Assembly: GCA_051313645.2 (NCBI GenBank)
Contig: JBNRSN020000306.1
Location: 496,001 to 560,000 of the forward strand
DNA: 64,000 nt
Direction: 5' to 3'
From: Centroscyllium fabricii
Lineage: Eukaryota
Part shown: piece after piece, positions 49,774-60,971 of the stretch
Position numbering within the stretch: position 1 is the stretch's first letter
Layout: the number at the start of each line of letters is the position of its first letter
Made by a program: the position numbers and the translations under genes
Notes under the pieces: generated by a model
What the model was told of the DNA's origin: nothing
Database searches by the model: none
What the model saw: only the letters and a program-made list of their open reading frames with translations

Positions 49774-50835
49774 TCTTGCTAACCAAAGCTCACAATCGTA
49801 CTGTCATTGGCTGCAGTGCATCATTGCACCTCCTACAAATTTAATTTTCTTGCCCATAATCCAGCCTGTGCAGCGCATTTCATTCACGAATCTAGATTGA
49901 CTGCCTCAACCGCCATCACTTCAGAAATATTCTCCCTTCCACAAATGACTTGCTCTTTAGCAGCAGCGTCAGTTTTCACAAATGCCGTACCCCAGATATC
50001 TGTGTTGGATCTTCAACTTTTCTTCCTATGTATGTTTGACTTGAATGGATCAATAGAGCGCTGGAGATCGTAGTTTGATATCGCACAAAGTTAGACGATC
50101 GATTCTTACTGGAAATGGGAAATACAGGGAACCAAATGGACAGAGAGAGAAGGAGCTGATCAACTCAGAGTCCAGCCAGCTGGGAGCCTGAGGCGCAGAT
50201 AAAAGGACAGGTAACTTTCCTTCCAGGGGAGCTGAGCTACCGTTGCTTCAGGGGAGCTGAGCCAGGAGAGAAGGACAGGTAACTTTCCTTCCAGGGGAGC
50301 TGAGCTACCGTTGCTTCAGGTGAGCAGAGCCAGGAGAGCTGAGCCAGCGCGGGCTTTTTTAAAAGCCGTTCAGCAGCGGCGCCAAAAGTCGCCGAGGAGC
50401 GGCCCTTTCTTTTCAGGGGGCGGGACACAGCAGTATAAAAGGGGAGCTGTGTGCTATCCCGAAACACTACGTGGTAGTGTTTCCCACCCTTCCATCCTCC
50501 TCTAACCTTAGGGGGTTAGAGTGATTTTAAAGAGGTAAGTTCAAATTATTTTTATTTTCAGGAGCCCAAACTAGGTGGATAGGGTTCCAGGACAGAGAAA
50601 GCCTTCACAACAGAAGGCAAGGGACTGGTGAGTACTTTCCTCAAACTTTTCTGAAAACTACTAAAAGTAGTGGGATTCAGTAAATCTAAAAAGGAAACGA
50701 AGGGTACTCTATAGATCGGTCTAAAGTAAGCTTCAGGAAGTAAAAGTTAATAAATAAGCCAAAGTAGCTTCAGGAATTAAAAGTTAAGAAATAAGCTAAA
50801 ACTAGTAAATTAAAAGGTAATATAAGGGTTAAGTC

Positions 50836-51780
50836 ATGGTAGGACAGCTCAGACCTGTGTCATGCTCCTCCTGTGCCATGTGGGAAATCAGGGACACTTC
50901 CGGTGTCCCTGACAACTATGTGTGCGGGAAGTGTGTCCAGCTGCAGCTCCTGAGGGACCGCATGGTGTCCCTTGAGCGGCGGATGGACTCACTTTGGAGC
51001 ATCCACGAGTCTGAGATGGTTGTGGATAGCACATTCAGTGAGTTGGTCACACCGCAGGTAAAGGCCAGCGTAGACAGGGCATGGGTGACCAAAAGGAAGA
51101 ACAAGGGCAGGAAGGTAGTGCAGGAATCCCCTGCGGTTATCTCCCTTCGAAACAGGTTCACCGTTTTAGGTACTGTTGGGGGAGATGACTCATCAGGGGA
51201 AGGCACCAGCAGCCAGAATCATGGCACCATGACTAGCTCTGCTGCAAAGAAGGGCGGGAAAAAGAGTGGCAGGGCTATAGTGATAGGGGACTCAATCGTA
51301 AGGGGAATAGATAGGAGTTTCTGTGGCCGTGACCGAGACTCCAGGATGGTATGTTGCCTCCCTGGTGCAAGGGTCAAGGATGTCTCGGAGCGGGTACAGA
51401 ACATTCTGGAGGGGGAGGGGGAACAGACAGTTGTCGTGGTACATGTTGGTACCAACGATGTAGCTAAAAAAAGGGAGGAGGTCCTACAAGCAGAATTTAG
51501 GGAGCTAGGAGCTAAGTTGAAAAGTAGGACCTCGAAGGTAGTAATCTCTGGATTACTACCAGTGCCACGTGCTAGTCAGAATACAGAGAGCAGGATAGAG
51601 AGGCTGAATACGTGGCTTGAGCAGTGGTGTAAGAGGGAGGGTTTTAAATTTTTGAGGCATTGGAACCAGTTCTGTGGGAGGTGTGACCTATACAAAAGGG
51701 ACGGTCTACACCTATGCAGAGATGGAACTGATGTTCTCGGGGTAATATTTGCTAAAGCAGTTCGGGAGCATTTAAACTAG
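50836..51780 (+). CDS. CR1 ORF1p: Cys-rich zinc finger + SGNH/GDSL esterase domain, intact
   Basis: CSSC...CGKC; IVIGDSIVRG, VHVGTND and DGLHL esterase blocks typical of CR1/L2 ORF1. Confidence 0.92.
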   Translation: MVGQLRPVSCSSCAMWEIRDTSGVPDNYVCGKCVQLQLLRDRMVSLERRMDSLWSIHESEMVVDSTFSELVTPQVKASVDRAWVTKRKNKGRKVVQESPAVISLRNRFTVLGTVGGDDSSGEGTSSQNHGTMTSSAAKKGGKKSGRAIVIGDSIVRGIDRSFCGRDRDSRMVCCLPGARVKDVSERVQNILEGEGEQTVVVVHVGTNDVAKKREEVLQAEFRELGAKLKSRTSKVVISGLLPVPRASQNTESRIERLNTWLEQWCKREGFKFLRHWNQFCGRCDLYKRDGLHLCRDGTDVLGVIFAKAVREHLN

Positions 51781-51827
51781 TATGGCAGGGGGCTAGGAAC
51801 CTATGTAGTGAAAAAGAGGAAAGCAAA

Positions 51828-54735
51828 ATGCAGCCAGAAATAAATGGTAAAAGGGTGAGAAACAAAAAACAAAATACACAAAGGGCCAAATTAATTCATA
51901 AAAAGTGTGAGCAAAAATCAAGCCTGAAGGCTTTATACCTTAATGCAAGAAGCATTAGGAACAAGGTGGATGAATTAGCAGTAGAAATAGAGGTAAACAA
52001 ATATGATCTAATTGGGATTACGGAAACATGGCTGCAGGATGGGCAAGGCTGGGAACTTAACATACAGGGGTATTCAATATTTAGGAAGGATCGACAAAAA
52101 AGAAAGGGAGGAGGGGTAGCATTGCTGGTAAAAGCGGGGACAAATGCAATTGAAAGCAAGGATATTAACTCGGTTAATACGGAATCTATATGGGTAGAAC
52201 TAAGAAATAGCAAGGGGCGGAAAACATTAATAGGAGTGGTATATAGGCCTCCAAATAGTAATATGGAAGTAGGGGAGGGCATCAAAAGGGAAATTAGAGA
52301 AGCGTGCAACAAGAGCTCAGCTGTCATCATAGGTGACTTTAACTTGCATATAGATTGGACTAGCCAAATTAGTAAAAATAATGAGGAGGAGGAATTCCTT
52401 GAGTGTTTAAGGGATGGTTATCTGGATCAATATGTCGAGGAACCAACTCGGGATCAGGCTATCTTGGACTGGGTACTGTGCAATGAGAAGGGACTAATTA
52501 GTAATCTTGTTGTACGGGGACCCTTGGGTCGGAGCGATCATAACATGATCGAATTCTCACTCGAAATGGAGAGCGAAGAAACTGACTCAGAGACGAAGGT
52601 CCTGAATTTAAATAAGGGGAATTATGATGCCATGAGACGGGAATTAAGTAAGTCTGATTGGTCAGCGTTTCTGGGGGGACTGGCGGTGGATAAACAATGG
52701 CAAGCTTTTAAAGACAGAATGGCAGAATTGCAGAAATTGTTTATACCAATCTGGCATAAAAAGAAATCTAAAAAGGTGACTCAACCGTGGATAACAGGGG
52801 AAATTAGGGACAGCATAAAATCCAAAGAAAGAGCATATAAAATAGCCAAAACAAGCACCAGACCTGAAGATTGGGAACAGTTTAGGATACAACAAAGGAG
52901 GGCAAAGGGATTAATCAGGAGGGGAAAAATAGCGTACGAAAGTAAGCTTGTGGCAAACATAAAAACTAACTCCAAAAGCTTTTACAAGTATATTAAGAGG
53001 AAAAGACTGGTGAAATCCACAGTCGGTCCATTACAGTCAGATTCTGGGGAATATATAATGGGAAATAAGGAAATGGCAGACCAATTAAATGCATATTTTG
53101 GGTCTGTCTTCACAAAGGAAGACAGAAAAAATCTCCCTGAGATATAGGGAACCATAGGGACAATTGCAAGGGAGGAACTGACAAAAATCAATATCTCTAA
53201 GGATATGGTGTTGGGGAAGCTAAAGGGACTGAAGGCTGACAAATCCCCAGGGCCTGATAACATGCATCCTAGGGTACTCAAGGAGGTGGCCCTAGAGATA
53301 GCAGATGCTTTAAGGATAATTTTCCAGAATTCGATAGACTCGGGAACAGTGCCCATGGATTGGAGGGTTGCTAACGTTACCCCACTATTTAAAAAGGGGG
53401 GTAGGGAAAAAGCGGGTAATTACAGACCTGTAAGCCTTACATCGGTGGTGGGCAAAATACTAGAGTCCATCATTAAGGATGTAATAGCAGAGCACTTGGC
53501 AAATGGGGACAGGATAGGACAGAGTCAACATGGATTTACAAAAGGTAAATCGTGCTTGACGAATCTATTGGAATTCTTTGAGAAAGTAACTGGTAAAATA
53601 GATGGGGGAGAGCCAGTAGATGTGGTGTACCTGGACTTCCAAAAAGCCATCGATAAGGTCCCACATAAAAGATTAGCATGTAAAATCAAGGCAAATGGGA
53701 TAAGGGGAATAGTATTGACGAGGATAGAGAACTGGCTGGCAGATAGAAGACAGAGAGTTGGAATAAACGGCTCATTTTCTGAATGGCAGCCAGTAACAAG
53801 TGGGGTACCTCAGGGATCTGTCCTGGGTCCCCAGCTGTTCACAATTTATATTAACGACCTAGATCAGGGAATCTGATGCAGCATCTCCAAATTCGCAGAC
53901 GACACTAAACTAGGAGGGGGGGGGGGTAGGCTCAGAAGAAGAGATCAGGAAGCTCCAGAGCGATTTGGACAAATTGGGGGACTGGGCAGATACATGGCAA
54001 ATGCACTATAATGTGGATAAGTGTGAAGTTATCCACCTTGGGGGCAAAAACGGGAGGGCAAATTATTATTTAAATGGCAATAGATTGGGAGATGGGGAAG
54101 TACAGAGAGACCTGGGTGTTCTTGTGCACCAGTCATTGAAGGCGAGCATGCAGGTGCAACAGGCAGTCAGGAAGGCAAATGGTATGCTGGCCTTCATATC
54201 AAAAGGGTTAGAATACAGGAACAAGGACACCTTACTACAGCTGTACAGGGCACTGGTGAGACCACACCTCGAGTACTGTGTGCAGTTTTGGTCGCCTCAT
54301 CTGAGGAAGGATGTTCTTGCCATGGAAGGTGTGCAGCGGCGATTCACCAGGCTGATACCAGGAATGGCAGGAATGACATATGAGGAGAGACTATGTAGTT
54401 TGGGGATGTACACACTGGAGTTTAGAAGATTGAGAGGGGATCTCATAGAAACATATAAAATTCTGACAGGCCTGGACAGACTAGATGCAGAAGGAATGTT
54501 TCCGATGGCAGGAGAGTACAGAACTAGGGGACACAGTTTAAGGATAAGGGCTAAACCATTTAGGACAGAGATGAGGAGGAATTTCTTCACCCAGAGAGTG
54601 GTGAACCTGTGGAACTCACTGCCACAGAGGGCAGTGGACGCCAGCTCATTAAATATATTTAAGAGGGAATTAGATATATTTCTGCAGGCAAAAGGGGTTA
54701 AAGGTTATGGAGAGAAGGCAGGGATACTGAACTGA
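51828..54735 (+). pseudogene. CR1 ORF2 (AP endonuclease + RT) with TAG at 53145, TGA at 53874 and a +1 frameshift in a G11 run (~53916-53926)
   Basis: YLNARS, ITETW, YRPP, GDFN, SDHN (APE); [23 protein letters not shown] (RT); RPHLEYCVQFW. Confidence 0.93.
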
Positions 54736-56143
54736 AGGATCAGCCATGATCTCATTGAATGGCGGAGCAGGCTCGAAGGGCCGAATGGCCTACTCCTGCT
54801 CCTATCATCTATGTATCTATGTAAGCAAGCCGAGAAAACCAAGGCAAATCGTGTTCACTGTGAGCTAGTGTGATACCACCCACTTTGGAACAAAGTAAGA
54901 TATTTCGGAGTATTTTCTAAATAATGGGAAGTTATTAACTGTTGAGGAGCAAAGAGATTTCTGAGTCCCGGTTCACAAATCATTATTAGCTGGTAGACAT
55001 GGAGCAAAATACATTCGAAAAATACGCGCATACGGGACTTTTAGCTACAGTTCAATCTCGTGGTAGTAAAGGTCACATTTTTATCCTGGTTCGAAAATTG
55101 TTTCCTCGACAAGAGACACATTTTTCGGATAATGATCTGGTAATTTAATTGGCAGGATATTATGAGTGTTGACTCTGAGCGATCTCTTTTCGGGCCTCAA
55201 CAATTTTCCGATTTTTTTACGACTTATTGATGGGATTGAGAAGCTCCCATGATAGATTGAGGATAAAAAAATTAAAGGCGGCATTAGAAGCAGTTTAGAT
55301 GGGAGCAATAAATTTGTCAAAATATTCATAGATTGATTGAAAGGGCAAATCCTTTGCAAATTGATTTAAATATTATCAAGTGTGACGTCATCCACTTCGG
55401 AACTGAAAAGGGGCGTCTAGTACACACTCGTTATAATGTTAAGATGGAAAAAGTTGTGATCCGTAGTCTAAATGGTCCATGTATAAATATCATTAAATGA
55501 TCATGGACAGAAAAGATTCAAAAGACTATTTGAAAGGTGATATGGTTCTCTGTGGAATTTCAATAGAAGAAGCAGAAATATGCCCCATCTATTCAAAGCA
55601 CAGGAGAGACCACACCTGCGGTACTGTGTTCAGTTCTGGGCTTCACACCTGAGGAAGGTGGTCGTTGGCATAAAGGTGGAGCCTAGGTTTACCAGAATGA
55701 TACAGAGTGTCAACGTCCAATGGAAGATTGCATAATCTAGGGTTATATTACCTGGAATTTAGAAGATTAAATGGGGAATTGATGGAAGTATTCACGATAT
55801 TATGTGGAACTGATCGTGTCGATAGCGAGAAGCGATGTTTGATGATTGACCTCCCCGGGAGCCGGGAACATCGCCTCAAACATAGATACATGAATTGCAG
55901 GAGTGGAGTGAGTGTGACAGAAATTTCTAACAAACTTCAGCAAACAACCCTTGAAGCTGGGTCAATTGTCAGCCTTGAGATTGAGAGATGTTTGTCAAAC
56001 AAATGCATCAATGGAGCATTCCAGCACAAATTTAGTTAAATGGCAGAGCGGCTCGAGGGGTTAAAAAGCCTCATCCTGTTGTTATTTTCATCGTTGAAGG
56101 ATCAGAGCAAGATGCAGAGACGACAATCTCCGTTTAAAAGCAG

Positions 56144-56216
56144 CGCCCGAACAGGGACTTGAACCCTGGACCCTCAGATTAAAAGTCTGATGCTCTACCG
56201 ACTGAGCTATCCGGGC
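56144..56216 (-). tRNA. tRNA-Lys(UUU), canonical
   Basis: Identical to the copy at 3434. Confidence 0.97.
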
Positions 56217-57905
56217 TCTTGCTAACCAAAGCGCACAATCGTACTGTCATTGGCTGCAGTGCATCATTGCACCTCCTACAAATTCAATTTTCTTGCCCAT
56301 AATCCAGCCTGTGCAGCGCATTTCATTCACGAATCTAGATTGACTGCCTCAAACCGCCATCACTTGAGAAATATTCTCCCTTCCACAAATGACTTGATCC
56401 TTAGCAGCAGCGTCAGTTTTCACAAATGCCGTGCCCCAGATATCTGTGTTGGATCTTCAACATTTCTTCCTATGTATGTTTGACTTGAATGGATCAATAG
56501 AGCGCTGGAGATCGTAGTTTTATATCGCACAAAGTTAGACGATCGATTCTTACTGCAAATGGGAAATACAGGGAACCAAATGGACAGAGAGAGAAGAAGC
56601 AAGCCGAGAAAACCAAGGCAAATCGTGTTCACTGTGCGCAAGTGTGATACCACCCACTTTGGAACAAAGTAAGATATTTCGGAGTATTTTCTAAATAATG
56701 GGAAGTTATTAACTGTTGAGGAGCAAAGAGATTTCTGAGTCCCGGTTCACAAATCATTATTAGCTGGTAGACATGGAGGAAAATACATTCGAAAAATACG
56801 CGCATACGGGACGTTTAGCTACAGTTGAATCTCATGGTAGTAAAGGTCACATTTTTATCCTGGTTCGAAAATTGTTTGCTCGACAAGAGACACATTTTTC
56901 GGATAATGATCTGGTAATTTAATTGGCAGGATATTATGAGTGTTGACTCTGAGCGATCTCTTTTCGGGCCTCAACAATTTACCGATTTTTTTACGACTTA
57001 TTGATGGGATTGAGAAGCTCCCATGATAGATTGAGGATAAAAAAATTAAAGGCGGCATTAGAAGCAGTTTAGATGGGAGCAATAAATTTGTCAAACTATT
57101 CATAGATTGATTTAAATGGCAAATCCTTTGCAAATTGATTTAAATATTATCAAGTGTGACGTCATCCACTTCGGTTCTGAAAAGGGGCGTCTAGTACACA
57201 CTCGTTATAATGTTATGATGGAAAAAGTTGTGATCCGTAGTCTAAATGGTCCATATACAAATATCATTAAATGGTCATGGACAGAAAAGATTCAAAAGAC
57301 TATTTGAAAGATGATATGTTTCTCTGTGGAATTTCAATAGAAGAAGCAGAAATATGCCCCATCTATACAAAGCACAGGAGAGACCACGCCTGCGGTACTG
57401 TGTTCAGTTCTGGACTTCACACCTGAGGAAGGTGGTCGGTGGCATAAAGGTGGAGCCTAGGTTTACCAGAATGATACAGAGTGTCAACGTCCAATGGAAG
57501 ATTGCATAATCTAGGGTTATATTACCTGGAATTTAGAAGATTAAATGGGGAATTGATGGAAGTATTCACGACATTATGTGGAACTGATCGTGTCGATAGC
57601 GAGAAGCCATGTTTGTTGATTGACCTGCCCGGGAGCCGGGAACATAGCTACATGAATTGCAGGAGTGGAGTGATTGTGACAGAAATTTCTAACACACTTC
57701 AGCAAACAAACCTTGAAGCTGGGTCAATTGTCACTCTTGAGATTGAGAGATGTTTGTCAAACAAATGCATCAATGGAGCGTTCTAGCACAGATTTAATTA
57801 AATGGCAGAGCGGCTCGAGGGGTTAAAAAGCCTCATCCTGTTGTTATTTTCATCGGTAAAGGATCAGAGCACGGATGCAGAGACGAATTCTCCGTTTAAA
57901 AGCAG

Positions 57906-57978
57906 CGCCCGAACAGGGACTTGAACCCTGGACCCTCAGATTAAAAGTCTGATGCTCTACCGACTGAGCTATCCGGGC
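57906..57978 (-). tRNA. tRNA-Lys(UUU), canonical
   Basis: Identical to the copy at 3434. Confidence 0.97.
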
Positions 57979-59506
57979 TCTTGCTAACCAACGCTCACAA
58001 TCGTACTGTCATTGGCTGCAGTTCATCATTGCACCTCCCACAAATTCAATTTTCTTGCCCATAATCCAGCCTGTGCAGCGCATTTCATTCACGAATCTAG
58101 ATTGACTGCCTCAAACCGCCATCACTTCAGAAATATTCTCCAATCCACAAGATCGTAGTTTCATATCGCACAAAGTTAGACGATCGATTCTTACTGCAAA
58201 CGGGAAATACAGGGAACCAAATGGACAGAGAGAGAAGAAGCAAGCCGAGAAAACCAAGGCAAATCGTGTTCACTGTGAGCTAGTGTGATACCACCCACTT
58301 TGGAACAAAGTAAGGTATTTCGGAGTATTTTCTAAATAATGGGAATTTATTAACTGTTGAGGAGCAAAGAGATTACTGAGTCCCGGTTCACAAATCATTA
58401 TTAGCTAGTAGACATGGAGGAAAATAAAGGTAACATTTTTATCCTGTTTCGAAAATTGTTTGCTCGACAAGAGACATATTTTTCGGATAATGATCTGGTA
58501 ATTTAATTGGCAGGATATTATGAATGTTGACTCTGAGCGATCTCTTTTCGGGCCTCAACAATTTACCGATTTTTTTAGGACTTATTGATGTGATTGAGAA
58601 GCTTCCATGATAGATTGAGGATTAAAAAAATGAAAGCCGGCATTATAAGCAGTTTAGATGGGAGCAATACATTTGTCAAACGATTCATAGATTGATTGAA
58701 AGGGCAAATCCTTTGCAAATTGATTTAAATGTTATCAAGTGTGACGTCATCCACTTCGGATCTAAAAAGGGGCGGCTAGTACCCACTCGTTATAATGTTA
58801 AGATGGAAAAAGTTGTGATCCATAGTCTTAATGGTCCATGTACAAATATAATTAAATGGTCACGGACAGAAAAGATTCAAAAGACTATTTGAAAGGTGAT
58901 ATGTTTATCTGTTTAATTTCAATAGAAGGAGCAGAAATATGCCCCATCTATACAAAGCACTGGAGAGACCATACCTGCGGTACTGTGTTCAGTTCTGGGC
59001 TTCACACCTGATGAAGGTGGTCCTTGGCTTAAAGGTGGAGCCTAGGTTTACCAGAATGATAGAGTCTCAACTTACAATGGAAGATTGCATAATCTAGAGT
59101 TATATTCCCTGGAATTTAGAAGATTAAATGTGGAATTGATTGAAGTATTCACGATATTATGTGGAACTGACAGTGTCGATAGCGAAAAGCGGTGTTTGAT
59201 GATTGGCCAGTCTGTGAGTCGGGAACATAGCCTCAAACGGAGATCACAGCATTCCAGGAGTAGAGTCAGTTTGGCAGAAAGTTCTAACGCAAACAAACAC
59301 TAAAGCTGGGTCAATTGTCAATCTTGAGCTGGAGAGATGTTTGTTAACCAAATGCATCAATGGATTTGTTGCCAACAGCGTTCCAGCACAGATTTAATAA
59401 AATGGCAGAGCGGCTCGAGGTGTAAAAAAGCCTCCTCCTGTTGTTATTTTCATTGCTAAAGTATCAGAGCACGAATGCAGAGACGACAATCTCCGTTTAA
59501 AAGCAG

Positions 59507-59577
59507 CGCCCGTACAGGGACTTGAACCCTGGACCCTCAGAAAAAGTCTGATCCTCTACCGACTGAGCTATCCGGGC
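59507..59577 (-). pseudogene. tRNA-Lys(UUU) pseudogene (A37-A38 deleted, C25G, U67A)
   Basis: 71 nt; ctcagaaaaagtctg lacks two anticodon-loop bases. Confidence 0.92.
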
Positions 59578-60284
59578 TCTTGCTAACCAAAGCGCACAAT
59601 CGCACTGTCCTTGGCTGCAGTGCATCATTGCACCTCCTACAAATTCAATTTTCTTGCCCATAATCCAGCCTGTGCAGCGCATTTCTCCCACGAATCTAGA
59701 TTGACTGCCTCAAACCGCCATCACTTCAGAAATATTCTACCTTCCACAAATGATTTGCTCTTTAGCATCAGCGTCAGTTTTCACAAATGCCGTGCCGCAG
59801 ATATCTGGGTTGGATCTTCAACTTTTCTTTCTATGTATGTTTGACTTGAATGGATCAATACAGCGCTGGAGATCGCAGTTTTATATCGCACAAAGTTAGA
59901 CGATCGATTCTTACTGCAAATGGGAAATACAGGGAACCAAATGGACAGAGAGAGAAGAAGCAAGCCGAGAAAACCAAGGCAAATCGTGTTCACTGTGCGC
60001 TAGTGTGATACCACCCACTTTGGAACAAAGTAAGATATTTCGGAGTATTTTCTAAATAATGGGAAGTTATTAACTGTTGAGGAGCAAAGAGATTTCTGAG
60101 TCCCAGTTCACAAATCATTATTAGCTGGTAGACATGGAGGAAAATACATTCGAAAAATACGCGCATACGGGACTTTTAGCTACAGTTGATCTCGTGGTAG
60201 TAAAGGTAACATTTTTATCCTGGTTCGAATATTGTTTGCTCGACAAGAGACACATTTTTCGGATAATGATCTGGTAAGTTGAAG

Positions 60285-60692
60285 ATCTATGAATAGTTTG
60301 ACGAATGTATTGCTCCCATCTAAACTGCTTATAATGCCGGCTTTCATTTTTTTAATCCTCAATCCATCATGGGAGCTTCTCAATCACATCAATAAGTCCT
60401 AAAAAAATCGGTAAATTGTTGAGGCCCGAAACGAGATCGCTCAGAGTCAACACTCATAATATCCTGCCAATTAAATTACCAGATCATTATCCGAAAAATA
60501 TGTCTCTTGTCGAGCAAGCAATTTTCGAACCAGGATAAAAATGTTACCTTTACTACCACGAGCTTCAACTGTAGCTAAAAGTCCCGTATGCGCGTATTTT
60601 TCGAATGTATTTTCCTCCATATCTACCAGCTAATAATGATTTGTGAACAGGGACACAGAAATCTCCTTGCTCCTCAACAGTTAATAACTTCC
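60285..60692 (-). repeat. Inverted ~410-bp fragment of the array unit
   Basis: Reverse complement of unit positions ~452-857 (ggaagttattaac...tattcatagat). Confidence 0.93.
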
Positions 60693-60971
60693 TGTAGATG
60701 CATGCAGGGCCGAAGAACCACACTGGACACAAAGGATTCGGAAAGTTATCATTTAATGTAGTTACAGCTAGGGCCAGGTGGAAAAGAGACTGAGCCACCT
60801 GGCGCCCAGGTATTTAAAGGTCCCGCGGTAGGTGACGTCACAGCCGGTTGACCACCTGGTGATGTCATCATGCCGGGGATCACGGCAACGTCAGCATGCC
60901 GCCCGGTGGGTGGGGCCGTCTTGCAGTGCTCCCGAGGCGGATTCGATGTTGCAGGTGGGCGTGTCGCCACA
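60693..60971 (-). repeat. 3' LTR (279 bp) of the minus-strand Gypsy element
   Basis: Minus strand TGTGGCGAC...CATCTACA, preceded by the PPT GGGGGGGAGCTC; contains TTTAAATA and ATTAAA. Confidence 0.8.

Larger units (their letters stand above)
50153..54822 (+). mobile_element. Apparently full-length CR1-clade LINE (4.67 kb)
   Basis: Inserted between unit sequences ...gagagaag and aagcaagcc... with no TSD; 5' UTR, ORF1, ORF2, short 3' UTR ending (ATCTATGT)2. Confidence 0.95.
1..60277. repeat. Tandem array of ~1765-1775 bp units (tRNA-Lys(UUU) gene + decayed CR1), interrupted at 9978-20871 and 50153-54822
   Basis: The same sequence and ORF-track peptides recur with ~1.77 kb period; tRNA starts at 1661, 3434, 5209, 6975, 8741 etc. 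A 10-bp indel (ggaacaaagt) gives 1765/1775 variants. The array continues off the left edge. Confidence 0.98.

Noticed and set aside
50461-50521. Hammerhead or HDV ribozyme in the CR1 5' UTR
   Set aside because: Hairpins are present but I could not find the CUGANGA core or an HDV nested pseudoknot.
1661-59577. tRNA-derived SINE (tRNA head + CR1 tail)
   Set aside because: The tRNA and CR1 relic are on opposite strands, tail-to-tail. The tRNA is complete with its own terminator and the copies are tandem, not dispersed.
9-60383. Recurring 60-110 aa ORFs in each unit (MSTSNGRL.., MQRICPFN.., MAAVHHC.., MNTICLG..)
   Set aside because: They recur only because the DNA is repeated. They are CR1 RT remnants, their antisense, or random frames with non-ATG starts, and some units break them.
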